The notes beneath the pieces are model-generated. The model was given only the letters and a program-made list of their open reading frames with translations. It did no database searches and was not told the origin of the DNA. Position numbers and translations under genes: made by a program. Shown here in pieces: positions 38,763 to 52,200 of a DNA stretch of 64,000 nt. The first letter of the stretch is position 1, and the number at the start of each line of letters is the position of its first letter. Source of the DNA: Mytilus californianus (Eukaryota); NCBI RefSeq assembly GCF_021869535.1, contig NW_026262593.1, positions 44,640,001 through 44,704,000 on the forward strand. The letters are read 5' to 3'.

Positions 38763-40038
38763 TGGCAGCAGTGACTGTAATGATGTATCTAGAAACAATT
38801 TAATGATTTGCTAATTTAACTTTTTCATGGAGTTTTTAACGAAATTCATGCCTTATACTTTCAATAATTAGAGTTTTAAGTGGGTACTATATAAAAATCA
38901 TATAAATTAACGCCAAAACCACGGATGTTGTCACTGGTTCTACATAAACTGCTTATCCTTGCAGAGGATCTTTAGTCTTTTTCTTAAAGGTTAATGTTGA
39001 TTTATAGTGTTTTTATGGTGTTGCTTTTCTTTTTTTTAATTTTTCATTGCCCATTTTGTTCTGTCTGTAACGGTTTTGTCTTGTAAAAACTACTGTTTCC
39101 TTTACGAACTTTCATATAACAGTGTATTGGTCAAGCAGTAAGGTAAGAGAATTGGCATGCACCGATGGTTAACAACTTTGTGAATGAATTAGGATGAGAC
39201 AAGAAATTGGAAAAAAAAATAGAATAACAAAAATACCAAACTCCAAAGAAAATTCTAAACGGAAAGTTCTTTATCAAATAACTAAATCAAAAGCTCAAAC
39301 ACATTGAAAACAACTGTCATATTAGAGACATATATTAATCCTTTATTTTATTATGGCTAATTACATGATGTTTGCTTAATGTATAATTGACTTTGTAGTG
39401 CTGTACAAACTATTGTTTTCCTTTTTTGGCCTTAAAAAATGAAAATATGGGTTTTTTATACGAATATTTTGAAAAAACTACATATCAACAATGTGTATGA
39501 ATTTCACGATTTTTTTATTTAACGTGCGTAAAAATAAGTACAAAAATCTTAAGTTATCGACAATGGTCCCCTTTAATATGTGTCCATATAAAGATATGAT
39601 TATAGTTTCACAATGTCGTTATTGTTTTCTTTATATTGAATATGCCACATAGTCAAATTATAGGTTCATTACCTTCATGACCAAAACTATACATTCTTGA
39701 TCAGTACTTGTCCTACATTTCTTCATTTGTATAATTTTTAGATGCATCTCAAGAAAAAAAGAGCAGCGAAAGATCACAAAGGGACATTCAATTGATAAGT
39801 CTTGTCTATTCTTTGTAATTAAACGTTTCAATTTCTAAATTTTACACTCGGTTGAGTTTCAGGATTAGAAAATTTACATGACCGATGGTTAACTAAAGTT
39901 GTGATGTCTAACGGTGAGATAAGTCTATAAGAAATTTAATCTGTATAGTATAACATATGGTATTCATCATTTTATACAAAATGTAATCACAAATAGTAAA
40001 AAAATAGAGCAAAGCTAAGGAAAGCTGAAATAAAAGTA

Positions 40039-40268
40039 TTAGCATCGTTCGTAAATATCTACATATTGAGTAACATTCGTTAACCATGACGTTTTATCCC
40101 CGATGCTCCACAGATTGCAGACCCGTTGTAGATTATTAAGGTGTTGAAACGCATTACACTCTTGTTTAGCATCACACATGAATGCACATCTAATGACGCT
40201 GACACCATAAACAAAATCGATAGAATGACCATTGATAATTGTGACATTTTCTCGCCTGCAGTAATCAC
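40039..40268 (-). CDS. Terminal exon encoding a PAN/Apple domain
   Basis: GDYCRRENVTIINGHSIDFVYGVSVIRCAFMCDAKQECNAFQHLNNLQRVCNLWSIGDKTSWLTNVTQYVDIYERC*: six Cys in the C..CxxxC.xxCxAF...CxL...YExC pattern. Strong acceptor TTTATTGTAG, phase 1. The ORF track shows a different frame. Confidence 0.8.
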
Positions 40269-43200
40269 CTACAATAAAGGTAAAAAAGAAATTAAAAAAA
40301 AAAAGATAAATGAAATAAACAAAAATTATGATGTTATATAAATATGAATTTTGTTAAGTGTCATACTATGAAAATACGAATTTTGTTTGATTGAATTTTG
40401 CTGCTATAAAACTGAAATAATTTTAAATCAAAGAATATACCTCCCCTTTGCAAAACTATGATTGCTTTTCAAACTTCGGCTTTACTTAATGTCATTGTGG
40501 GTTTGATCAGCTATTCAACGTTTGTATACGTATTAGGTTTGGATTTTCAAATATTTGGGCCTGGACCATCGCTGAAGAGACATTTGTTGTTGAAATGCCC
40601 AACTGGTACAATACAGTTTGTACCATTAATGTAACTGTTTAATAGGATGGTTGTCGGTCACATAAGCCAATGGTATGTTAAAGATTGTGTATATGTGCGT
40701 ATTATTACAGTATCTCACTTCAGAGTTCTCTAACAAAAACTCCTCCTACGATATATTAAACAAAAATTATTATATTATCAATTATATATTTTATTAGATA
40801 TAGGTTGGTTAATGTTCGTAACAATGTAGTGTTGTTATAGAGTACTCATATAATTTGATTGACAATTATATACTTTTACTTAACACAATATTTTTAATTA
40901 AATGTGATGTAAGAATTTGTTGCAAAATCTTGATAAAAGTAGTTATGTTTATCGTCGATATTGTTGGGGAAATTTTATAGCAGTAGGCGAATAATGTCTT
41001 CAAAGACATTATGTCGACTGTCTTTCACATCGCCTTGGTAGCAGTTAGGTAATAGGAAATGATTTTACATAGAGGTCAATCAAAAAAGAAGAAAAGAATC
41101 AAAATCACCTTTCAAACATCATTTTCAAAGAACTAAATTGAAAATAGTTCAAGGTAATTTATAAACGTGTAGATTGAACTGCATTAAAGGCGTGTTTGAT
41201 AATGGTATCAATCCAATTAAAGCAAATCTTTTGATTTGATATTTGACATACAAAACTCTTGTTATTCCAGTTAGGAACTAGGAAAAGGAACATTACTTTA
41301 ACGACAACAAATCGAACATAGCATATGATACCAATACCAGGATTTATAATGTTGACGACACGCAGTGACGTAATATATCTTCATTCTCTACATTCTTGTG
41401 TTTATAGGTCAAATTCATAACATTTTTCAGAACATGCAAAAAATAAAAAACAAAAGAGTAGATAGAGAAAAAAAGTTTAGAGATACTTTTGGTTAAGAAA
41501 TATTATATGTCAATAAATGAGTAAATAATAAATATATTATAAACTGACAATAAAGTCAATTTCAGCCTACATCTTTCAAACACCAAAGCATCGGGTACTT
41601 GTCAGATGTTACCATGTGGAAAAAAATTCTGGAACACAAGTGGTACCGATGTCAGTGCAAATGGCTGTTCTAATCCGAGACATAGTATTCTGTCTTAATC
41701 AAATAAGTCACATTTGCGACGCAAAACTTAATGTATCATTTAAAAAAATAAAATAATAGTCAATAAATAGGGTCAAAACTTTACCTTTGTTTGTACACAG
41801 ATCATAATCCGGAACATTCCCAAGATCTACTTCTGTCGTTTCAGTACACATAATACCATCACCATGGTTTAGAACAATATATAAATCTTTCAGGCTTACA
41901 AGCGCACAGTTACACACGAGCCGATTTTCTGAAAGATCCCTTCAAAGAAAATATATTTTTACTGTCTGCACAGTTATGTTAATGATATTTTTTCTTACAA
42001 TTCTGAGTTTTTAAGGATTATTAACAATTATGATAATGTTCTTTTTCATATTGGTTAAAATGATAACTGAATTTGTTTTCAATTTCTTGTTTACCTTATT
42101 CTGTCGATTGAAAAAAAACTCGTATCTGAAGCTGAATTCCATGAAAAAGGTATAAAATATTCCAATGCATGGGGTCGTTCAGTAAAACATCAGTTTTTCC
42201 TCAATTGATATATAAACAGAAATGTAAAAAGTGAGGAGTAATGATAACTACTAGGATCTAACAAACATTGTATTTCATGTTTTCAATTATAAAACTACAA
42301 CAAAAGGTCATTCAAATTACTCTCAGTATATTGATATAGTTCAAATGTAGTTCCAGGATCATATCACATTTAATGAGTCCTGTATAAGAATTTAAACGTC
42401 ATTAAATCAATTGAGAGTAAAATTGGAGTTATTTTTATTTATGGAAATTATTTACATATTTATGTTCTAATCCATCCCTGTCTCAATTTTATTGACATGA
42501 TTATTCCTTTTTTTTTCCAATAAATTTATTTACAAATCGTGTTTCCTTTTCTCAATGAATGAGTTCATAAATCGGCTTAATTATTAAGTCAGGGATTTTG
42601 TTACCATAAAATACTTAAAACATTTATTAAGTTCTTTCATAGATTCAAAGATTTAATTTGTAAACTTGGCCGTACCTGTAGAAAACTTATTAAAAATGAT
42701 ATTTCACATCCTAAATTTTACAATAATATTGTACTAAAAGCGCAGAAATCACTATGCGATCCGTGTAAACTTATCGAACCTTTAAACAAACTTATTAGTA
42801 AAGGTTATCTTATTAATGTTGTAATAAGATCTTTGAATATTGTTTTCATTGGCATTAAGATCGATTTTGTCATCAACAAATTAAAACATAACTAAATTTG
42901 TATTCTTTTCGAATGTTTTTTTGGGATGTATATTTACACATCCACGTTTATTTTCTATTTTTCTATTTAGAAATTGTTTTATCTATACATAAAATCATAC
43001 ATATTTATCATAAGGTTAAATCCTAATTATTCTACTGCCTGTCGATTCTTTTAATTTGGCATTGCACAAGTCATGCCTTCTTTGACTGTCCATAGCGTTA
43101 AAACACTAAATTCCTGCCTGGGATGTGTTTTTATTGATTTTTTATTATTAATTGCTTTTGGCTTTTAATTAGCTTTAAGTGATTGCGAGTACTCTCAAAT

Positions 43201-46200
43201 CGTACTTTCGTGTGCCTGTTGACACAATGTGTAATTCATATTTGTTATTCAATGTTTACTTATTTTGTGTTATATCTCGTCTGACTATCTTTAATATGTA
43301 CCACCTTTTATAAGTACTTAGTATGACGAAAAAATGTTCACCTCTGTAGTTGTACTATGAATAACAATTTTGTTTTGTTAAAAATGTTTCTGTACTCCTA
43401 ACAACAAAATTATTGTATTTACATTTACCTGTGTACGTTTCTTTATTTAACGCCATCTTATCCTAGGTTAAAGTTGTTTTTTTGACATTGAAACATCTTT
43501 TTTATTTATATTGTGTCATAGATCAAACTTATTCGTTCAGTGTATATTACTTGGTTTTGTGCATTGTCTTTTTGATCGAGTTAAGCCATTTCAATTGATA
43601 TTTTATTGCGTGTCTTTTTATGTTGTAATGTTATACCACTGTTTCAGGTTAGGGTGAAGGTTGGCACCTGTTAAAACGTTTAAACTTGCTGCATTTTTAT
43701 GCACCTGTCCTAAGTCAGGAGCCTGTTTTTTAGTGGTTGTCGTTTGTTGGTGTGGTTCATCAGTGTTTCCAGTTTCTCGTTTTTTATATAGATTAGACCG
43801 TTGGTTTTCCTGTTTGAATTGTTTTACACGAGTCCTTTATAGCTTGCTGTTCGTTGTGAGCCAAGGCTCCGTGTCGAAGTCCGTACTTTGACCTATAACA
43901 TGTATGATTGTTTACCTTTTACACATTGTAATTTGGATGCATATTTGTCTCATTGGCACTTCTACCACATCTTCTTATTCATATGCATTGAAAAAATCTT
44001 GACCACTTACCTAAAACAAAGCGTTTTAATGAAACAAAAATGCACTAATATTAAATGGAGCCATGGAAATGCATTATTATTTCTTAATAATGACATCTGG
44101 AATGTAACTGCTCTTTCAGGAATTAGTTAAAAAAATGTAGATACTTACAAATACTCTAATTTTGTTAGTTTTTTGAAGATCTTCATATCTATCGATTTTA
44201 TCAGATTGTGTCTCAGGTTTCTTATAATATGAAAATAAATATGATAATTAAAATGCAGTAAACATATAGTATTTCATAAGAAGACTAGTAAACTACAGGA
44301 CAGGACAGAAACCTCAATACACTATTTGTCAACAACTGATAAACTGGGATTTTTTTTTGGCCCCAAATTGACAACTGTAGACTGAAAGCTGATATTCTCT
44401 GTTGGTTTTAAACATATACTCACTCAGTCTTATCAATACAACGGCGTTATAAACAACTGTCATACAAGTGGGAGGTTTAGTTAGTTATTTAACCAGGTCA
44501 AATCCACTAATTTCTTCTTATAATGCAAGTTCCAAGTCAGGTATAAAACATTATTTTCCATTCGTCCCTTTGTTTAACAAAGTCCAATGTTCGATTTTGT
44601 CAATTTTTATTGACCTCCCCTTTTTAAAGTTACATTGGAGTTCAGTATTTTTGTTATTATTCACAGTACTCGCAGTACTTGTATGTATAGAATAAAGAAC
44701 GATACTTGCAATTGTCGACTTAAAAATTTTCTTGACAATTTTATGGGACAGCAACCAACCAGCATGAACAAATAATAAACAAAGCATCTTGAAATTGAAA
44801 ACTGAACGATCAGAACAATGTCTGAAATTTCAAACTCAGCGTTAAGTAAACATTAGTCAAAGGATACCAAGAAGACATTCCAAACTAAAAAGTCAAAGAG
44901 AACTGACAACATGACAACAAATCGAAAGACGACAAAAACGTTTAGTAAACCGTACACAGAAAACAAAAAATTGAACAACTGGAGCTCCATCAAAAACTGG
45001 GATCTATCTCATATGCTGCGAAAGGGTTAGTTAATAAGATATAAGTTAGGGACTTTAGAGACTACATTTCGACTGGAATGGCACTTTATTTTGATGTAAA
45101 AATGACCTGACATTTCTAAATATAAGATAGTAAAAAAATATCATATAGAGATTTTCCGTTGTTTTCTGATATTAATATAAAAATAAGAAGATGTAGTATG
45201 ATTGAGACAACTCTCCACCAGAGAAATGACACTAAAGGTCACCGTTCGCATTCAACAATGAGTAAAACTCATACTGCACAGGCAGCTATAAAAGGCCCCG
45301 AAATGATAAATATAAAAACTATTCAAAAGAGAAAATTTACGGCGTGATTTATGTACAAATCAATGAACGAAAAACAAATATGATATACAGCAACAAAAGA
45401 CAACCACTGAATTACAGGCTCCTGACTTGGGACAGGCACACACCGAACGTAGCGGCATTAACCTAGTTTGTTTGTGCAAAATCCCCCTTAGCCTAGGATA
45501 GTGATGTAACTATACACATAAGAACAAACTATAAAAATCCGTTTAAATGGGCTGAGCTCATCAGATCAATACACAATTATTTGCTCAGATATTTTGTTCG
45601 TGGTCATTATTTGTAATGTAATTCTTCAGGAAATATGTCATGTTTTGTTTAGAATAGGTAAAACAGCCATTGAACTCTCGTGAGAAGTCTGAGCAAATCT
45701 GATATAACGTGATTAGTTGAAGTGTTTGTTCATATAATATTGATATATTTAGAAATACCAAATATTGCTTTATATTTTTGGTCAGACTTTTCAGGTTGGC
45801 CAATATCTATGCAAGCATCAATTTTGACAATCAATTTGATCAAAATGCCTTTTCAGTACGTACACCAATTATTCATTTATTTCAAACTTACAAGCGTTTT
45901 AATTCTTTCAAATCCTGGAACAAACCAGATATATCATTCACAAAATTGAAGGCCATCAATCTGCAGATAAAAATAAATGAATGTCAATAACTATTCAAGC
46001 AAAAATTTTGATAAATAAACTAACTATTGTTTATATGAACCGAATTATTATTCTGATGATAATTTTGTTTGCTTTAAAAATTTGTTAGAATATCATAATA
46101 TTTTTGTAGAAATAACCGTCGTCTCTTTTTTATTTGTGATTCTCTAAATGCATTTGAGATTTAGCGAAAACGTTTAAATAGTTTTAAAGGGGCATTTTTA

Positions 46201-49200
46201 ATTTGTCTATGAGATATTGAGTTTGGAACTCTGTCCAAAGTTGAAGCGAAATGCAATATAAAAGATGTGTTAAGAGTAAATCGGCGGTAACTTTGTCGTT
46301 TCCAAAACCCATCTGAAAATACTAATTTCGGACAACCTGGTCATAAGGTGACTAGGCTACAATTTTACAGTTGGACGCATCACTTTCAACGAAAACTTCA
46401 TATTTGTAGAAAAATCAAATTTCCTTTTAATTTAGAATCTATTCCGGATAGGTTCCCAATAACTGTTTGTTTTTTATCTGAATATAACTTTTCATCCAGA
46501 TAGTAAATTTGTAAATAAGTGTTATTTAAGGTATGTCTAATGAGTCATGGTTTTCTATTTTTAAACTAAAATTTTCCCAGTCCATCAATGTCATTCAGCC
46601 TCTGTCTGGACTTTACATATAAAATTGAGATAACTCAAAACAACATTTATTTTCAATGATTAGATTTGACTAATCGGAAACGGAGATATATATATAAGAA
46701 AGGAGAAAGATACAAAAGGGAAAAATTATTATTTACCATTTACAGCGAGATCAATATTTTTTCAAAAGGCTGTGAAAAGACGAAATGATTACAGTTGACA
46801 TACCCGAATGCCTAATATGAATGATTCCAATAATAGAAATAGGCTTGTTATACACCGTTTTGTAGATAATTTAATGTAAATCTACGGAATAGCAAGTTTC
46901 AGTGGTATAGACAACCGCAAAATTAAAGGATAACAGAAGTTCGCCACCGGGTGACATTTCTTTAATATACGAGTTAAGATGTCCTGTGCTGTCGTTAATG
47001 GAAGATGTTCGTTGTTATTCTACGGTTTACATGTTGTTGTTATATTATTTGTTTGTGCGTTTTTCGGTGCTGAGTGTTCTTGCGTTTGTTTGTGCTGTAT
47101 TTCTGTCACGTAGTGTTGTCATTTTAGCGATATTCTTTAACATTGCCATATAAGCGGGAGGTTTCGCTAGCCATTAAACCAGTTTCAACGCACCATTTTA
47201 TCTTAAAATGTCCTGTACAAAGTCAAGAATATGGCAGTTTCTATCAAATTGTTCGTTTTTATGTATATTGGCGTTTGTTTTTGTTGTACTTCAGTGTTTT
47301 TATTGTTCCGTTGTTTTCCTCTTATAATTGATGTGTTTCCCTCGGTTTAAGTTTGTAACCCGGATTTGTTTTCTCTCATTCGATTAATGACTTTTGAACA
47401 GCAGTATACTACTGTTGTCTTTATAAAGAACTTTGTGTTATATTACAGTATATAGGTATTTATTTCAGAGACAAGTGTCTGTGGTTTTATACTTATTTCA
47501 AACTTAAGTTTCGAATTCGTTTACACTAAGTAAGTAAGTCAGAATTCGCTTCTTTTATGCTACAAAAATGGGTTTTTTTAGTACCTAAATACTTTGTGTT
47601 TTTCTCTATTTCAAATTCACAGTCATTGAACGAAAAACAAAAAGAAAACTGCTCTTTATCTTTATCTTTATTTCAAAATATCCTAACGAAATTATAAGCT
47701 TTGTACTGTGTATATATTGTTAAAAGTTAACAGCATGAGCCTCTTTTCTATCATGAATTGTATTAAACAAATATATCAGTATATGGGAATTGAATAGTTT
47801 TTGTACCAAACTTTAAAGTTTGGCACCTCATAACTTTGGAAGTTTAGATTAGATTAAAATATAATTCAAATCCAAAAGATGAAAAAGAGGTAAATGTAGA
47901 TTAGGAAATAATCTTGATGATCAAAATAATCAGGAAATTTATAAAAGCACAACAAACGAGAACTGTAATACAAATTCATAGACAATATAACCATATACAG
48001 AACACTCTATATCTGAATCCTGCAAATTGAATAATGATATAGTAAGTCATTAGTTATATTCAAAAAGTATATCCGTCTTTTTATATTGAAAAATGCAACT
48101 CACAATTCTTCCAATTCGTAAAGTCCTCGAAACACACCCTTTTCAACCAGTCTGATGTTATTTCTTGATAATAGTCTGACAGCAAAAATAAAACAAAGTG
48201 CTTGAAAATATTACCGTTGAAAATGAAACTTTTATGCAAACAATTATAGGTATATCAACAAGTGTTATTATCCATGGTAAATTTCATGATGCAATGTGTT
48301 CAAATCGTGATAATAGTTTTGAGTATTGAGGAGGACGAGCCCATTCATAAAATGTAATAAATCTTATGACGGTAAAGCGATTCATGGTCCACAGGTACAA
48401 ATTCGGTGAACGGTTGTTTAGGGTATAGAAAAGAGAGGCTGGAGATACCAAAGGGATATTCAAACTCATAAGTAGGAAAGGAACAAATAATGCCAAGCAA
48501 AAAATTAAATACAACCGAAGGACAAACAACAATTTACAAAACACAAAGACTGAACAACAGTCAGGTGTGATCTCAGATGTCCAGAATGGTTGTCAAATCC
48601 TGCTCGACATGTGACACACGTCTTGTTGCTCTTATAGTATATATGTCGCACCATGAACAAGGAGAGAAGAACGGATTTATAGCTACAACAACTGTTATAC
48701 AGGAATTTTAATACTGTCAAACAAAGTGTGGTGGCTTGAAATGAAATATCTAATGAATAACTTAACAAATACCATTGAAACCCGTGTAAGAAACATCCGC
48801 TTTCGATTAAATTCTGATATAAAACGCAACACTTGGTATATGTAGTCAGTTGAAAGATACATGCTTCATATGTAAGTGTTGTCGGACTATTGCTAAATAA
48901 AAATTCCTTGTATGCATGTCCAAAGCATGTGCCTTTAGTCCAATAGCTGTCATGGGTTACCGTAAAATGTTTTAACGATGACTTCAACTTAACCACTTGA
49001 AAGCCTTGGTTTAATTTCTTCTTTATTAGCAACAAGTCTCTATCAATTGTGATAAGAAACGAATATCGTATCATACTCCATGTGTATTAGTAGGTTACCG
49101 ATATTCAAATCCCGAGAATCAATTTTGAAGATATAAATGAAGTGCATATGAACTTTAATTAGAGCGAGGCAGGATCGTACGTTACCTGTAGGGGTGTACA

Positions 49201-52200
49201 TCCTTGTGACTTGACCTTTTGTCAAAAGCTGTCACATTGGCAATCACATCTCCTTTCAAAAATGTATAAACAAATAAAACCGAAGAAATCAGAGAAGGAT
49301 TTGAAAGATCACTTTTCATGAAAGATCACTTTTCGTACATATGAAAGGGGGTTCGATTTTCTGTATTTATCTGTTCATATAAAACAATAACAGACGTTCA
49401 GTATTGTTTTCCTTATTTCATGTTAGTATATTTGGTTTTTTTCTCATAAGAGCCTTCTGAATGAAACTAAGTAAAGCTACGTACATGCGCTGAAGATGCA
49501 TCATTTTTTCAAAAGTTCCATTTCTCAAAATATGAAGCTGATTCATTTGTAGTTTTCTAATAAAAATGAAAAATATTGAATAATTGTTTTGAAACGCGCT
49601 CCAAATTTTATTTTGTTTCAGTATTAAAATTTGTAATAAATAAAATGATTGTTTTCAATACACTTGAAAGAAAAAAAGAAACTATTTGCAATTTGAAATA
49701 TATGTATCGCTAGTAGTTTCTATTCACAATGTTTACAGTAATTTTATACATTTTGTTGACAAAGTCTGACGTACAAAAGTCTATCTGTTTATGTGAACTC
49801 ATTACAAAGAAATAAATAATGAAAATCTGTAAAACCTTATCTTTTATTGAAAAGAAACAACAAATTTCCCTATCTAAACATAACACTTAACTAAGTAAAC
49901 TCACAACTCGATCAGTCTAGACAGAGGGCTAAATACTCCTTCACCAAAATCTGTTATGTCATTGTTTAGTAAGATGCTAAAAGTAATAAAGAACTTTATG
50001 TATTTATTTGGGTGATGTTTATTTATAAAACAGTAAAAAAAATGAACAATAGAGAAACGTAATGCATTGATTATTCCAGCCCGCTGCAGCAGCTGCCACT
50101 AGAGATTGTTATTCTAAATCGTAAATTGAGTAGAGAGTAATGCTCATATCACTTGTTATATGTTTAGATCTGAAACCAATAATTTGTGCTGCATACTCCA
50201 AACTGCTTTTTGTTCTATAACAAGCTGTGTTGATTTTAAGACATAGGGACACGTAATATTAAAAATAAGTAAGCCTAAAAATTAGGGAATATACAATAAG
50301 TTTCAACTAAAGAAGAAAAAAGAGTGTAAGACCTCCACGCAAGGTAAATACGAGTCAAATAGAAGTTAAATCTAAATTAACTACGGTTCCGGAAGAGCTT
50401 TTTATATGAATGTGATAAAGGAATGCTTCTATTGGCCATACTCGATCACGTGATATCGTTTTTGGCACTTTGCACTGTGATCCAATAAAACAAAAGATTA
50501 CAGAAAATTACGATCCAGACACTAATTGTTCCTAAAGTTTTAACAACAAAAATTTACTCCTAATGATTGTTTCATTGAAATAGTCAAATGAACTCTTGTC
50601 CATACTTTGAGACAGTGATTGACTAACTATGGCTGAAAAAAAGACAATCCAGAATGTGTCTGTCACCAGTAAAAAAAAGTTAAACTATAACACCAATCGA
50701 TAACTGAAACGGCTATATATAATCCTTTACGAGATGCAATGCCCATTGTAAAAAATCATATAAGATGGAATATTTATTTTTGATTTTGATTTACAGATCT
50801 TTAATGTCTCTTTAATACCTCAAGTAATACTTCAATGCGTCTATCGTAACTAATAATAATAATCATACACTTATACAAAGTGTCCGTTTCAATGATTATA
50901 AGATAGAAAGGAAACTTGATTCATAAAAGTTTTTCAATTAACCGTTAGGTAGAATCACATTTTGTATATGATAGTATATATTTGGTGTTAATTCGATTCT
51001 ATACTTTATTGGGACTATACTTTTATGAGAAATAATTTGTGTACTGTAGTGCTCTTTGTAAAATACAATTATTAAGTGCAAGTCTTTGTAAGAATCAGGC
51101 AAATTAAAAAAAATAAATTAAAAAACATGGCCGAAAAAACCCACCGACCTAACTATCTTATTTTGAAGTTATTCTCATCCTGAGTTAGAAATGGTAGGTC
51201 TTTCGTTTCTGCTTGTCTGGTAATTCGAAAAATCTCTAGTCAACTTTTGGTTAGACTGATATCAAATAAAGGAGTTAGCTTCCCTTAATTGTTAATTTCT
51301 AGTGCATTTGAACTAAATCATATCACGAATTACCATAACTGGGAAAAGAAACAAATGTTCATGCACCATTATACAATTTGAACATAAATTAATGTCAACA
51401 TGGGTAGTTTTATGATTGTCATGTCTTCACCACTGTCTGATTCTTAGGCTGATTGGCAATTAGTAAATAAAATTTCTGACGAAAAACCAGTGGCAGCTGT
51501 CGGATGTCATTCATTTGTGTATAATATGCATTGTCTTTTTTCTCTCACAAAGATTCGTTCGTTTGATGCCATGTTTCTACCAAAACAGACAGCCAATGTG
51601 AATTCAAGGAAATGTGTATTTGAGAATATTGAAGAATATACTAAACTATTGATTATTGTTAGCAGAACATAAAAGAGGACTGTCACAATGTCACTTTGTT
51701 TTGTGGTAAAAAAATCAAATACAACAAAAGAAGGTTGTAAATCACGTTTTTTCCTGAATATTCATTTCGTATTAAAAATGTTCACTATTCACTTTCCTGT
51801 GTTAATGTTTCATAGAAATTTAACAATAGTCATTAAAACTAAAGATTTGGGTGTTTTGCATTATTTTTGTACATTAGGAGGTAAACTGTAAGCAGTGTAC
51901 AGAAAAAGACAATCTAACTGACAGCAACATTGCTAATCGATTTTGCTGGACCACGACCTAAAGGGACAAGTCCTCAAAATAATCGCCAAACTGATGTACT
52001 GATAGTAATGTGAAACTTAATAGAAACTAACTATGTTATTTATAATAAGTGGTTCCTATCAATCTGACTTAATGAAAAAACGTAACATTGAAAAATGCTT
52101 ATTCATTCAAAGTCACAAGACCATGACCTAGAAAACAGACCAACGAAGTAGTCATCAAATTGAGATGTGTTGATATTAATGCAACTTAAAAAAAAATAAT

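Noticed and set aside
40080-40268. ORF MSQLSMVILSILFMVSAS… as a signal-peptide exon
   Set aside because: It is an alternative frame of the PAN exon. The phase-1 frame gives a complete six-Cys domain and joins the upstream exon.
49043-49225. Extra LRR exon (RDLNIGNLL…)
   Set aside because: No AG acceptor or proper donor; the sequence overlaps the RT thumb remnant.
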